Source of the DNA: Euglena gracilis
Taxonomy: Eukaryota
DNA: 64,000 bases
NCBI GenBank assembly: GCA_039621445.1
Contig: CP154954.1
Span: forward strand, 25,370,954-25,434,953
Reading direction: 5' to 3'
Shown: positions 26,893 through 45,717 of the stretch, in pieces
Position numbering within the stretch: position 1 is the stretch's first letter
Layout: each line of letters opens with the position of its first letter
The notes under the pieces: generated by a model
The model's database searches: none
The model's input: the letters and a program-made list of their open reading frames with translations, nothing else
What the model was told of the DNA's origin: nothing
Program-made: the position numbers and the translations under genes

Positions 26893-27134
26893 CCCGCCCG
26901 CCCCCCCCCTGTCGTACGACCCCCCCTATTTACGACCCCCCCGGTCGCAGGTTGCAGGTCATGAAGGTGTTATGACCCCCCCGGTCGCAGGTTGCGAAAA
27001 TTTTAACACCACCTTATCTACAACCACCCCCTCATTTACAACCACCCCCGGTCAGGTTGCAGGTTATGGGGGTGTTGTAACCACCCCCGGTCACAGGTTT
27101 CAGGAACCCAGTCGTACGACAAGGGGAGGATAGG
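26893..27134. mobile_element. MITE family B
   Basis: TA flanks, GTCGTACGAC at both ends, CAGGTTGCAGG internal repeats. Confidence 0.85.
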
Positions 27135-30100
27135 TAACATTCCAATGGAAAGTTGGCTTTATCGAAACAACCCCCCTCTATTTATACACCAAGCGTTGGG
27201 TGGGTAGCAGTATACCCGGCTGAAGGTGCCAAGCCCGAACAAGACAATTTTGAAGGGTATGAGCAGAAAGCTCCCCCGAGTTAGTCAAGAGGAAGCCTGT
27301 TTAGTTTTTTCCTTGTTTTTTTATGCAAGAACAGGGTCAGGGTTCTTTTTAATGAGGCCGTATGGGTTTAGGTGGGGAGGCACCTCGCCCTCGTAAACCG
27401 GAGGGTCCGGACCACCCCCCACCTGCCAGGGGGGGTCTGGACCCGTGGGGTACCAGGGACCCCCCCCGCCAAAGGTCAGATTTTTCCTTCCGCCGCTTCA
27501 CGCCGAAAATTTATTGACAAAATTTTGCCCAAAAAGTGCCAAAATGGCATTTTTCGCCGTTTTGGGGGGGGTCAAAAATTTTCGGCCCGGCGCGCCACTG
27601 TTTAGGTGGGGGTGTCCCCCCACCTCCCCCCCCCCCCCTAGACTGGAGGGTCCGACCCCCACCCGCCTGCTTTTATATCGAAGCCTGAAGCAGCCATTAT
27701 TAATGTTTGGTACGTACACGAGGGTTAGTAGATTTCGTCGCTCGCCGTTTTTTGAATGCCCAGTTCTTCATGTGTCACAATGGGTGCCCAATTCTTCTTG
27801 TGTCACAATGAGATCTGCGTGAGATATGCCGCCCTCAAATAAATACGCCATCAGAAAGTAATATTCTTTAAGATGGGCGGGTAACAGGCTCTGTCTGGGA
27901 TGGGGGGGATATAGTTTCTGCTTTTCGGGAAAAGTCTGCCCAAAGTTGAAATGGCCGGGGCTGCAAACTACCTCTCTTCCCACTGTCACGACACACCGTG
28001 CCGTTGACCCCCCCCCCCGTGTCAACGGCACTTTTCCAGAACACCACCTCAGGCTTTTCATTGAACTACAGTGGCGTTGAATGCTGTGTCGTTGGCAAAC
28101 ACACCGTGCCAACAGCACATTCCCTGAAAAGACGAGTTGAGGTATTTGAATTGCCTTTCTGGGCTATTTTGATATTTTGATTGTCTGACGGCAAACGAAT
28201 TCGTTTTTTTTTTGTTGTTTCTGACCCAGAGATGGGCATGCCCCAGCCCAACCTCCCAAGGGTTGCGGGGGGGGGGGGTCAGGCCAAGTGGAAACCCCCT
28301 GGAAGGGATGGTTTGCTCTATTTTTGCCGTGAAGCGGCGGAAGTTTTAGCCCTCAAATCACCCCCAACATGTGGTTCCCCTGAACCTCCCCTCCGTTAAC
28401 CTTGCAAAACAGGGGACCCGTCTGCCTTTTTGGGCCGTTGCTGAAAAACCCCAAGGGGGGGGTCTAGTTTGAACGGTGCATTATATTTTTTTCGATTTTT
28501 GCTAAAATTTTTCAGTCAAAAAAAAACTCTTTACGGGATGTGTGTCCAAAATAAAGTCAAAATATAATTTTTTTTAAAGCATGAACGTCTTAAAAATGCC
28601 ATTACCAATCCCAAAAAAGGGCAACAATTCAAAATCCGCGAAAAACACCTATTTTGGGGTATTTTCAGAGTACAGGAGTTGTCTGATGAAATTCAGGGGA
28701 GTTTGAGTGATTCCAATTTTCGGATTTTTGCTGACAATTAGTCGTTATTAGAGAGGGGAGGCTTATTTCGAGACCAGAGGCCAGGGGATGGCCGGGTGGG
28801 TGCTGAACTCTACACCGACTTTTTTTTCTTTAACTTGGCCCTACATGTGGATCAAATAATACCAAAATCGCAAAAGAGAGGGGAGTCCAACAACGATCAT
28901 TTTTTGTTGTCTGTTCCGTTGACGCCATGTTTTTTTTGCCACATGGACGCGGGAGAAAAGTTTTCTTCAAGAGTTTCTGTGCTTGAACATAATGGTGCAT
29001 GTCACGTGTGGGAAGTTGCCGTCCACACGTTACTAGCTGGCGTCATTTTGGGACGGTGTGCCATGAGAAGTGTCCAGGCGCAGGGTGAAAATGTGCAGCA
29101 AAATGTTCCGTTTTTTTCTCTGCAGATATTTTTGGTTTTCGCATTTTGTAGGTTTTTTTTTTTTGAAACTGACTTTCCGCATATTTGTATCTGATATCTT
29201 TAATTTTGTTGTCATTTTCGCAAGTTTTTTTGGGGGATTTTTATTTGTGTTTCCAAACTTTGTGCCTTTTCTCTCTGATTTTGCGCCCGAAAATGTGCAT
29301 TTTTTTGCATTTTTTTTCTAAAATGCTCGTTTCTTTACGACTCTTTTCCGCGCCCCCCCTGCTGTGTGGCAATTTCAGCTGTGTCTCACCCCCATCAGAA
29401 CCCTCCACTCCTCCTCAAACTCTGCACCACCATGCGGTGGGGAACGCTACACCGTCTGGTCTCCTCCTCCTCTCCACGTGCCGGGTGCTGTGAGTGTGTA
29501 GGGTGTGGCCCGCCCCTCCGCGGCTTTCGACCAGGAGGTCCTCCTCGCCGCAGTCATTGCTGCGGAGGGGCCGCCACGCTCCCTCTGCCATTCCTCTGCC
29601 CTGGCCGACTCTGCCCTGGCCCCGAGGGAGTCTGAAAGGTCAGTGACAGTTGCCAGCCAATCTGGGCCCCAATTCTCTTCTGGGGGGGGGGATGTTGTGG
29701 GACCAATCCTCACCCACCCCGACGCCCCGTCCCAAGTTAGCTAAACCGCCCAATCTCCACCTGCTTCAACTGCTGCCCAGTCACTCAAAAGTCTGGATCA
29801 CTCACTCAAACTTCAGGCTTCCAGCCACCGTTTTTTTTCCCGTTGGGGCTCCAGTCCCCTTCCCATTTTTTTTGAGGGCTGTACAAAGCGTCACGGTTTT
29901 CGTTGCTATGTATGTATTTTTGTGTTTATTTTTGATTAGGCCAGTTTTTACGAATACTGAGGGGATGTTGGGGGCCGCGCCACGTGTCGGTTGATAAACT
30001 GTGACTGAAAAACGTCCTGGCTTGGAGAGTTATTCTGGAGAGAATGGTTGGATGAAACGGCCCACACCCAGGGTGTACGGTCCGATGGGGTGCAGGCGCG

Positions 30101-32294
30101 GGCTGCCGCGACCCGGGTGTTGGACCCACGTGACCCCTGTGGTCAGCAGCGGGCCAACCCAGTGTCAGCGGACTGCCTGCTGGGCGTGCAGGGACGCCGC
30201 GGGCGCAGCCTGCGGATCCCGGCGCTGGTGGTGCGGTGGCTTTGGGAAACAGCCAAACTCTCTCCCATCTCCTTCGACGTTTATCGCGCATCGTTCTCGT
30301 TGGGCTTTCTTGCACAGCATTCGATGATGGCGGGTGGATCCGCAAATGCTACATCCCAATGCAGATGAAAACCTGTTCAGCTGCGTTGTTTTTTCGGTGT
30401 TTCTCTCCCGCCAGAGGTCGCCTAATCTTTCTGAAGCAGCAAGTTGTTTGGCCTTTGAATGAACAATAGCAACGAAGCAAATGATATTGTTATTGATTTT
30501 CACCAGCCAGCTTATTGTTTTTGTTTGCAAAAGAAATGGTTTTATCGTTCTGCCTTTACAAGGCTGGCCACCCTTGAAGAAGCACGTCAGGATGCTGTGC
30601 AATTGCACAGCAACGGTCTCAAAATTAATTTTGTTTTTTTAAGTTTTAACAGTGAGGATTACTGAGACAGGAGAGATTATTGAGAGTGGAAACACAAGAA
30701 CGGGCAGTTCCCACATTTGCGCAAGGGTATCCTGTGTGCATTTGCACAAAAGAACCACTTGTGTGTGCAATTGTAAAAATTGGTTCATTCAGATGCCGAT
30801 GTCAAATTTCGGGGGTCATTTTGTCGAAAAATGAGGTACAATACATTGCTTGCCTTGCTTGGAGTGTTTACTCGTTCAGGAGGGGCGTACGGTGCAATAC
30901 CGTTCTGCCCATCGAGCAAATGGACACCTCCCACTAATGTGTATGTGGTCCCTGTGTGAAATTGCGCAAACGGACTGCCATTTTTTTTTTAAATGTCAAA
31001 GCCTATGATATCGTGAGGATTTGGTCTCACCTGGCCCAAATCATTCCCCCCAGCATCCCATGTTTGAGGCAGTTTGCCGTGTGCTGTGGAGCACCTTCTG
31101 CCATCCAAGCACCTCTGATGATGCTGAGCATCGCTGGATGATGCTGAGCGATGCTGGGCGATGCTGGCTTGGAGACCAGAAGTGGTGTTCCGATGCCGGG
31201 GCGATGCTGGGCGGGGCCGGCATTGTTTTTGTATATTTTGAAGATTTAAACACATTAAGATAAATTTCCCACAAATCTTACACCCAGCTTGGCCATTTTG
31301 GATTAGTTTTTGCTAATTTGGGGTCTATTTGGACAAAAAATGTGCTGATTTGAGTCAATATGAGCACGTTTATGGCATTTTTGGCCATTTTATGTCATTT
31401 TTTTTATTTTATTTTATTCATTTTATTTTGTAGTCATTGTTGGCATTTTTGGGCTATTTTAGGTTTTTTCAAGCCATTTTAGGTCATTTTTGTTGCTTTT
31501 GGAATACTGGATTAGTGCGGTGGATGCAGATACTGGATTGGCCAAAATTATACTGGATTGGTATATAATTGGCTTTGGCCGATGGTCTAAAATTAGGTTT
31601 GGCCCACCAAAATGGCTTTAAAGGGGCCAAAAGCAGTCAAAAGTGGCCAGAAAACAATCAGAAGCAATCAAAAGCATCTAGCAGTAGCCGCAGCCAAAAG
31701 CGGCCAGAGGTGGGTGAAATTGGGCAAAGCGGCCAAAAGTGGCCAAGAGTGGCCAAATATTGCACATGTGGGCAAATGACCAAAAGTGGACAAAAGTGGA
31801 TGCAGTGGATGCAGATGCTGTAGTGGATGCTCTGGATGCGGGTATCTGAGTGGATGCGGGTTGTGTTTTTTTTTTTTTTGTGTTTTTATCGTATTTTTTA
31901 TTGTTTTTTTTGTATTCTTTCTTTTTTTTTTTTTTTCTTTTTTTTTTTTTTTTAAGGGCGATGCAGGGCGATGCTGGGTTGACCGACCTCTGGGGGGTGC
32001 CTTTTGGCTCAACCACAAACATGGTCACCTGGGCTTTTGGTAACCTGGAGCTCTGTGAAGGCTCCGCGGAGGCTGGCTACCAATTCCATTGAAAATTGAA
32101 AATTTCTTTTAGTCAATAAATGACCCCCAGACTAGCACAAGGCAATCAAGGTGCAGTCTGGCGGCTCAGAACTGCAGGCGGAGTGTAAGTTTGACCTTTG
32201 GGGTACCAGCAAGCAGCTCTGGTCAGCCATGCCCTTGGGCCCCCCACAGGCTGCAGACGTCACGTGCCCTCCACTCCCCCCCCCCAGGCTGACG

Positions 32295-32417
32295 ATGGGC
32301 TACGCTGCCTCGCATGTGACGGCCGCTGCCTGGCCGGGCCCCCTCGCGGCCTTCCCGGCGGCGCACTCGCCAGCGGGCGTGCCGCATTTCACAGATCACT
32401 TTCCTCGTCAACGTTGA
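32295..32417 (+). pseudogene. Possible orphan first exon of the same family (MGYAAS...)
   Basis: Same layout as genes 1 and 2: C-tract, AG at 32287, 7 nt, then ATGGGCTACGCTGCCTCG, followed by Ala/Pro-rich GC-rich coding. No downstream exons recognised. Confidence 0.35.
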
Positions 32418-32959
32418 ATAGATAATGACCCAAAATAGTATTTAAAGTATTTCCCCCAGGCATGTGCTCTACATTTGCACATGTCTTCTGTTTGCTCAAT
32501 CTTCTTTGGTCTCATCCTCGCTGCTGTAGCAAATTTTCTTTTAGGGTTTGTGTTTTTTTAGAGTAGCACCACCTGATTTCATTTCCAATTTAGTGCCGGG
32601 CGGCGATGAAATAGTATTGGAAAAAAAATTCGCCTTTTCCGTTTTGTTGCTATGTCAGAAATTCAACATTTTCTGTCTAGAGCATTGTGCCTGGCCTGTG
32701 ACTTTGATTTTGAATGTGACACCATTCCAAGACGGTTGGTTGTAATGCCAGGGTTACAAGACGAAAGCCCAAATGCCTGAAGTTTATAACGTTGTCGAGT
32801 AGTTGCCCAGCTGCATTAATACCCTGTATTCCACCAGATGTATCGCTTTCAGATACATCTGTACACCCCCCAGCAGCTACAAAAGCGCATCCCGGCTTTT
32901 ACACACACACCCTGTTTTTTTGGCCAATATGGCCGTTCTGTACACTTTTTCCGACTTAC

Positions 32960-33390
32960 CGTTTTGGGCCAAAAAAAAAGTTGAAAAAAAAGTCGAAAAA
33001 GTCGATTTTTTTTTTTGCCCAGAAGCATGTTTTTAGGACTCCCGGACCCCAAAAAGTGTTTCCGAGCCGAAAACGAGCGTTTTTTTTTTTTGACCCCCCA
33101 GCCCCCCGTTTTGGGCCCAAAACCAATGGATTTAGGGTGACTATCGGGTCAGAAAAGTCGAAAAAATCAAAAAAATTGCCCGAAACGATGTTTTTTGGCC
33201 TCCTGGGCCCGGAAAAACTGTTTTTGAGCCGAAAATGAGCGTTTTTCGACCCGCCAGCGCCCCCCCCCCCCCGTTTTGGTCTGCCAACCCATTGACTTTG
33301 GGTCATTTCTGGGTCAAAAAAGTCGAAAAAAATGGAAAAATGCTCCGGAAATTCCAAAAAAAAAAGTGTTATCTGGCAATCTTTCTGGAT
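32960..33390. repeat. Dispersed repeat family with A/T-tracts (relatives at ~47760-47990 and ~58960-59400)
   Basis: Shared GCCGAAAATGAGCGTTTTT..ACCCCC..CCCCCGTTTTGG blocks. Confidence 0.75.
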
Positions 33391-34609
33391 TTTTTTGAAA
33401 GAATTCTTTTGAGGGTTAGTTTCGCGGCCAATTAGGACAGTGTTTTTTGCCACTAGTGGCATAAATTTACGCTATGTTGTGCAGGTGTCTTTTTCAGGCA
33501 TTTTAATTTGTAATTGTTAAGTTTTACAGGGAGTTTGCTTTCCTAATGCTCCTGTTAAATTGTTCTCTGTAGTGGAGCCCTCAGATTTGTCCATTGTTTC
33601 TCACATGATTTTGATGTTTGCTTGTTAGAAGGTGTGCCTTCTGTGAAGTAGTTCTGGATGTTGTTCTGATTTATGTCGCTTGTATGCTGAAATTGTGGTG
33701 TTTTGGCATACATTCTGTTGTTTTTGATTGTATTGTTGTCCAGGTGTAATTTCTTGTGGTTTTTTTGTTCCTTATGCAACATTGCCAATGCCCTCTTGTT
33801 TTCAAGGAACGTGTACATTGTTTGTGGTTCGCTCGCATGTTGTTTGTGAATGTCATTATATTTGATGGTGTTTCTCACAGTTGATGAATTTCTCTTTGTT
33901 TTTGTGGGGAAAATGTTCCTTTTTGATGTGTTGTTTCGCATTTCACCTGCTTCGGATCTTTTATGTGTTTCTGAAAGGGTGTTGTTCCACTGGTGGCATA
34001 ATTGAGCACTTTTTGAAGCAAAATTACTTTTTATGCCACTGGTGGCATAAAAAAGTAAAAAGGATGTTCAAATGTGCCTTTTTTTGAGACTCCTCTTCTG
34101 TGTCCTTGGTAGATGCTATTTTACAGTTACACACCTGAAAATGCTTATTTTTTTGGCCAACAGCTGATTGTTTTTGCCACCAGTGTCAAAAGACGCTCTG
34201 AATGTCTGGTGACGTGTCTAATTCTACTTTTCTGCCATTTGTGTCATAAAAATGGAATGCGAGCTGAAATGAAGTGTATATTTGTATATGTTTGCATATG
34301 TTTGAATGAAGCCAGTGACGTGCGGTTTCCTTGCCAGAATGCATTCATCTTCATTTTCTACCTTGCAGGTGTGATTCAAGGCCAGAAGTCCTTTGAAGCC
34401 CCTTCCTCTTTTTCTTCAGCGTATCCCAAGTTTCAAGCTCAAGTCTTCCATCCTGATCATCATCCCCACCTCCAGCTGAACGGTGTTTTTCAACACCTGG
34501 CTCCCACACTCTCTGGTCTGAGTATGTTTTTGCAGTGCATATGGTTGGCCCCTGCTGTTGCCTCTTTTTGGCTGTGTTGATAGTCTGTTTTTCTATGGTG
34601 GTGATGGGG

Positions 34610-34735
34610 TGGTGTTGGGGGTGGGTGGGGGGGGGGGGCGGGGTTTGTGGGTTGGGGGGGGATGGGGGGTGCGGGGGGGGGGGCGGGCGCGTGGGGGGGG
34701 GGTTGTTGGGGGGTGGGGGGCGGGGGGGGGGGGTG

Positions 34736-34766
<31 letters not shown>

Positions 34767-34845
34767 TGGGGTGGGGCGGGGTGGGGGGGGGGGGGGGGGG
34801 GGGGGGGGGGGAGGGGGGGGGGGGGGGGGGTGGGGGGTTTTTTTT

Positions 34846-34907
<62 letters not shown>

Positions 34908-34913
34908 TTTTTT
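34610..34913. repeat. Poly-G followed by poly-T low-complexity tract
   Basis: Directly visible; may be a consensus artefact. Confidence 0.9.
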
Positions 34914-34933
34914 CATCGTTGACAGAAACCATA

Positions 34934-37075
34934 ATGGCGAAATCCCTTGCAGCATCTGATGTTCGTGGTGTGATGAACGATGGCCTTGAAATGGTGAACA
35001 GGAATTGCACAGAGGCAGCAAGTTGTGGGGAGACGTTGGGTAGGATCATTGCGGAAGGCACCTGGCAGAGTGTTGACGACATGATTCGAACAGCTCTGGA
35101 ACAGCATTCGCCGGCTTTTCAGTACCTCACCCTTGTTAATAACCTTCGTGTGAAATCCCGCACAGGTGTCTGCATTGACTTGCAACACGCCCTTGCAATT
35201 GCCGAGGATGCTTTCACGTGTGCTGTGGGCGGGCAGCACCAAGCCCGTCATTATGCGGTGCATAATTTCTTTCGTGGTGCATTTTACCTGTATTTGAGCC
35301 TACGGCACCTCGTAATACCACGGGCCCAATTCATTGAGAATAGCGTCTCCCGTCTACCCTCAGCCGGGCTGATCAACGTGTATTGGCTCCCACCGGGTTG
35401 GTGCCCTACGCCGCATACACTGTTGCACAGCAGGCAACTAATTCCCTCCTAGACGTTTGGGCTGAGATCAAAGGTAAAACCGTCGGAGTTTGGGTGGATA
35501 ATTTCTATAAGCGACACTTTGGGGTGAATCCTGGGAACACAGACACATCTCTGAATGGTTGCCGTCCTCCTTAACACTCCCACGTTGGGAACGTGGCAAG
35601 GTTATCTTTCTGTGATGACCTGCTCCGGAGGGTCAACTTTGCCAGTTCTTCTTTCGCCGTCTCTGACAAGGAGCTTATGTCGTTTGTACAGGGTGCTTTC
35701 ATGGGTTTCACGGCAGAAGCAATTCGCGTTCCTCTAGATGTTCCGAGGGGCAAGATCCGTGGCCCCAAATGGTGTGATTTGTCGCTAGAACCCCATGGAA
35801 CAGCTAGCCACGTGGATCTGCTCAAAACCCTCAAGGTGGTCTTCCAGGTTCAGCAGCACAATGAACGTGTAATAACGTTGCTGTCGGATGAGAACACACA
35901 CTCCCGTGTGATACGATGGATGTACAGCCGAACGTACCGTCATCTAGCCATTCACGAGCACATACAAAGCTGTGTTTTGTTGTACGGGGTGTGGCATGCT
36001 TACAAGAATGTTTGCCTCCATCTGCACCACGTGTTCTTTCACATTTGGATTTACCTGGACAAGGGCTTGGCGGTACCCACAGACGCTGTTCCATTGCCTC
36101 ATGTGAACGGTGTTCAAAAACTCGGCCACATCGAACGTCTTGTTGCGACAATCTTGCTCCTTATGAGCGAACTACTGCCTATGATCCAAGGACCAAGAGA
36201 TTGACCGCATACGTGTTTTGTTTTATCGCGTGACACGGTCATTCACTGTCGGCCAAACAGGTTCTGTCTTTAGACCAGTCTGTTGCATGAAAGGAGTTGT
36301 TGTATGCCTCGAGTTTGGCAGAGAATAAAGGCAAACGAGTTCGGTCGCGCCTGCACCAACTGTTGCAATTTCGGCTACTGATTTCTGTCCAGCATTGTTT
36401 GCTATTGGATACAAGGTTTGTACATGCACATGGGACGGGCGTAAGCTGGGGTCGGGTGTTTGTGCTCGCCAAGCTCTTCAGTGGTCACTTTCTATGCTGA
36501 TCCGGTTACATCCGACAGATTATTTAAGGGTCCGTTACGTGAAGACAATCACACAAGCACTCTTATTCTGAAGGTAGTGGCACGTTGTGGCTCCAGGAGT
36601 GGTCCACTGTGAAGAGCTATGTGAGGCACATCTCAGCAAAGTTACACGAACGATGAGACAATTTGGTGCACATTCGGGCCAACAAGACTACTCGAATATG
36701 TTCTTGCTCACACCACCTAGTAGGAAGATGAGGGAGCATTGTGCCAGCGTTCCGGAGCGTGTCCGTTGTGTCGTTCGTGAACGTGTCCTGGATTTCGTGA
36801 AATCATCATTTATCCTGCCTACTGTGCGGTGGACATCAAATGGCTCGATTTCCATCCCGGACATCATGTCGTACACCACAGAACAGCCCCTTGTTCCTTT
36901 GCTGAGGCCCGTAGCGGAGGAAAGCATCATGGCGTCCCTACGCAGTAATTTGCGAACCCTGGTGCAAGAGCATAAGGCAACATCTGCGTTTGTAAGCATG
37001 TTGGAATCAATTTTCCAAAGAAGGTCATTGGAACATACACGAGGAGGAGGAAGTGTTGCAGCGGTTGGAATTTGA
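34934..37075 (+). pseudogene. Frameshifted putative DDE-type transposase (DUF6589/KDZ-like motif order)
   Basis: Consecutive same-strand ORF pieces with VWVDNF, LLSDENT, YGVWHAYK, RYVKTI and HCEELCEAHLS; several frameshifts and stops. Family assignment is by motif recall only. Confidence 0.6.
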
Positions 37076-39083
37076 GCTGCAGAATACAGGTCCAAGGGTT
37101 TCACGTAAGCGACATCGAGCAGTTTCTCAGCCACAGTGCTCGTCGGATGTGGTACAGCTGGCACGTATTGTGCCCGGACCTTCCAGTTCATGCAGAACGA
37201 CGCAATCCTAGCCTGGTGTTGTCATCATATCGGTGTCCAACCAACGGTGATCAAAGACTGCATGATCTTTGTGAGAGGGTTCTTCTTCACAATGGGATTA
37301 GGGCAAGTTGTACAGTCAGGCTCATGCTATGTGGATCACCTTGTTTTCATCCAGTTCGTCAATTTATGACACTAGTGGCATAAGTTGAACTTAGGACGCC
37401 ATGTCCCATGCATTTCGACCCACAGGCAGAGAAAGCAAAAAACCTTCAGCGAAAATTACAATTGGTCCACAGCTCAGCCCGCTTCTTCCAGTTCACAGCG
37501 CACCATATGATGGCCTGAATACTAACCCGTGACGTGCAAACGGTTCGCCATTTCCGCACCTTTTTTGTTTCCATGTCGCTGCTTGCGGTGCCCAGTTCGG
37601 GCTGGATTGGAGGATCAATGCCACCAAGGGGGGGTGGTGTCATCCAGCCTGCCCAAACTTTCAGCCATTTCAGCACCCCTGGCCCATGGGTCCTCGTAGG
37701 GGCTGTTCAGAAAGGGTCAGTCCAGCCCGTTCAGAGGTAGATATTCCATACCTGCCCCTGGGAAACGGCCTGCATCGCTGACCTGCCTCATAGGAGCCTG
37801 CTCCAACGCTTGCACCCGCTGACCTGTCTTCCATTAATCTTTAAGGATTTTCATGCTTTTTTTTTTGAAAAACTATTTTCCCCCAGTCGAAAAAAAATTG
37901 CTTCCGTTTTTTCCCCTCATTTTGATCCCGATTTTCTGTGACAAAAATTGCCAATTTTGCCATTTTTGCATTTTTTTGGTCAACAAATGACCAAAAAAAC
38001 CTTTTTTTTATGCAAATGAAAATCTTTTCCTGGTGGAGGTGGAATTTCTTCTTCCTTTCTAGTAGAAAGTGCACATCCCGGGGAGCTCCTGAAGGATTTT
38101 ACATATGCAATTTTCTTTTTTTTGTATTATTTTGTGTTTTTTTGTGCCTTCTTTTTTGCGCCTGTGCGTTGGAAGAGTTGTTTTTTTTTTTTGGCGTCGT
38201 GTTCTCCAAGGATCCATATGTTGCGTTCCCTCTCCCTGGTGGATGAGGCTGGTGGCCAGATTTTGGCCAGGTTTTCTGATAAACACATGATCGCAAATCA
38301 GCACAAAATTTGGACTTCCCAAAAACACAGGTAATCACAAATGACCACCAACAGCTGATTTTTTGCAACGTGAAGTTTGGTGTGTTGAAATTATTCTGCC
38401 ACCTGAGGATTAAATTTTCCCACAATTTCTCTGAGGACGAATTTTGGGAACAAACATTGAACACAGGGCTGTCTTTCAGAAATTTCCATCCCATCACATT
38501 CAATGATCGTCAGGGTAAAGTACCAACTACCTCCCCCCCCCCCGCCCGCTTGTCCCCCCTCCTCCTTACATGCAAACTTGGCCCCCCCTAAAATTGACCT
38601 TTAGCCTTTAGCGCGTGGCTGCTGAAATTCTTAATTTTTCAAACTTGGCCCCCCAAAGGATGGCCCCCTGGCCTTACCTTCAATCATGGCACGGGGAGGG
38701 GGAGGTAATTGCCTTTTGCCCTTTGTGTTTGGAAAAAGACGAATTCTGTTGTCTTTGGACTTCCGCCCAATGCATCAAAACAAGCACGTTCCCTGCCCCC
38801 CCCTCAGGCAGGGCTGGACGGGAATCCCCACAATCTCACTTGGGTGGGGGGTCATCCTGGTGGTAGGGGGTCCACCACCTGGGCCTTCCCTTTGTTTCCG
38901 GTGGTACCTTTACGTCCAACTTTTCTTCCGGCGCCTCGGTGCCAATGGAGTTTTCTTTGAACGGGTGCCACGGTGGGCGGGGTCGACCCCCCCCCTCCCA
39001 GGCCTTCCCGTACAGCCCTGCCCCCCCCCAGGGCAACCGCCTGCAGGTGCTTCTTCCCCTGACCCTCCCTTCAGAGGCAGCCG

Positions 39084-44381
<5,298 letters not shown>

Positions 44382-45384
44382 TCCGGTCAACCACGACAAA
44401 TGACGAACCAGAACTAATCTAAACTGGTAAACTGAGCGTAAATATGCATCAAAAGTGGGATGGAGAGTGTTTTTTTTTGAGAATGTGGGAACGATTTGTA
44501 ATCGCTCCTCCAAAACCTTTTGGATGTGCAGCTTATATCAGTCTGTCTCCGTGGTTCTTCCCCTAGGAGTGTTGTTTCTTTCCCTTCACTGGCATTTCTT
44601 TGTGGTTCTTTGAATGGCCCATCCTGTTTCTGTAAGAATATTACTCCACCCTCAAATTGGCCACCAAAATCCTACATTGTTCACCGTCAGGGCTGTTTGC
44701 CCCTCTGACATGTTGACGTTTCCCCCAAAGTTAGCCCTCAAACGTGGCCCAAGCAAAGCCTGGGGACGGTTGGCTGATTTCAAGCCCTGGCACTCAACCA
44801 CACATTCATTAAGCTTGGCAAGGTCCTCCCTCCTGGGTTTATTGAAGACTTTTGTGTCGCTGGCACAAGGGACAATCTGGCCGGACTGTTTAATCTGTTT
44901 TATGGTTTCTAATGTTGTGGGTCGGTCGGACGGGTGGATCAGCCTTCCGTTTAACTCAGCAGACCCCCCCTGGGGGGAGGGTGTGGGTGTCTGGGGCTGG
45001 ACCCTCCCCACACCGCATTTGCTGGGAGGCAAACCTGAGCAGTGGCATACGTTTTGTGCTGTCCTGGCACAATGGGATTTTGTGGCATCAAGCGTAGCTG
45101 TAAAAGTTAATACAGAATCAATTGCGCACGGGGGTGTGCTATAGCACTACCGACCCAAAACCTACCCCCTTTGTTGTATTAAGGCTTCAGTCCTGCTTAT
45201 GGCCTGGCTTTGCCACTGGTGGTGAGTGACCAGGTACCCCTACCAAAACCCCACCCCCTGGGGGGGGGGGGTTCCAAAATGCCCTACCACCCTGCCCATA
45301 GCCCCCCCGGGGGGGGGGGGGGGCGCCGGAGACCCGAAAATGGCCATTTTCAAAGCCTGGGTCGATAGGCACCTCCCCCCGTGG

Positions 45385-45717
45385 GGGGGTCCGGGGATCC
45401 CCCCAACTGGAAAAAAAATTCCTCCGGCGCTGTGCGCCGAGGTGGAAATGAGGTTTTTAATAGGTTTTTGGCTAATTTTGTTCCAAAAATTCCCAAAAAT
45501 GGCCAAAAACGGGCATTTTTGGCCATTTTTGAGGGTCCCAAAGAAAATTTCCGGCGCTTCGCGCCAGCCACCGGAAAAGAAATTCCACTAGCTAGCCCTG
45601 CTAGCAGACCCCCCCGGGGGGTCTGCTAGAAATCCCAATAGCCAAATTTGGATTAGGCAGTCCAGCCCCCGGGGGCCGGGGGGGGGGGGGTACTGCAATC
45701 CCTAAAGCAGAAGCCTG
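45385..45717 (-). mobile_element. MITE family A, inverted and truncated
   Basis: Reverse-complement match to the family body, ending ..AAGCAGAAGCCTG. The other TIR and the TSD were not found. Confidence 0.85.

Larger units (their letters stand above)
33439..37391 (+). mobile_element. ~3.95-kb TIR DNA transposon of uncertain superfamily
   Basis: Direct repeat (T)TAGGAC at 33432-38 and 37391-97. Imperfect ~33-bp TIRs AGT..TGCCACTAGTGGCATAAATTTACG / CGTCAATTTATGACACTAGTGGCATA..ACT enclose a long decayed ORF. Confidence 0.8.

Noticed and set aside
34351-35082. Poly-Pro/Lys or Gly/Phe protein
   Set aside because: Produced by the G and T homopolymer tract, which may be a sequencing artefact.
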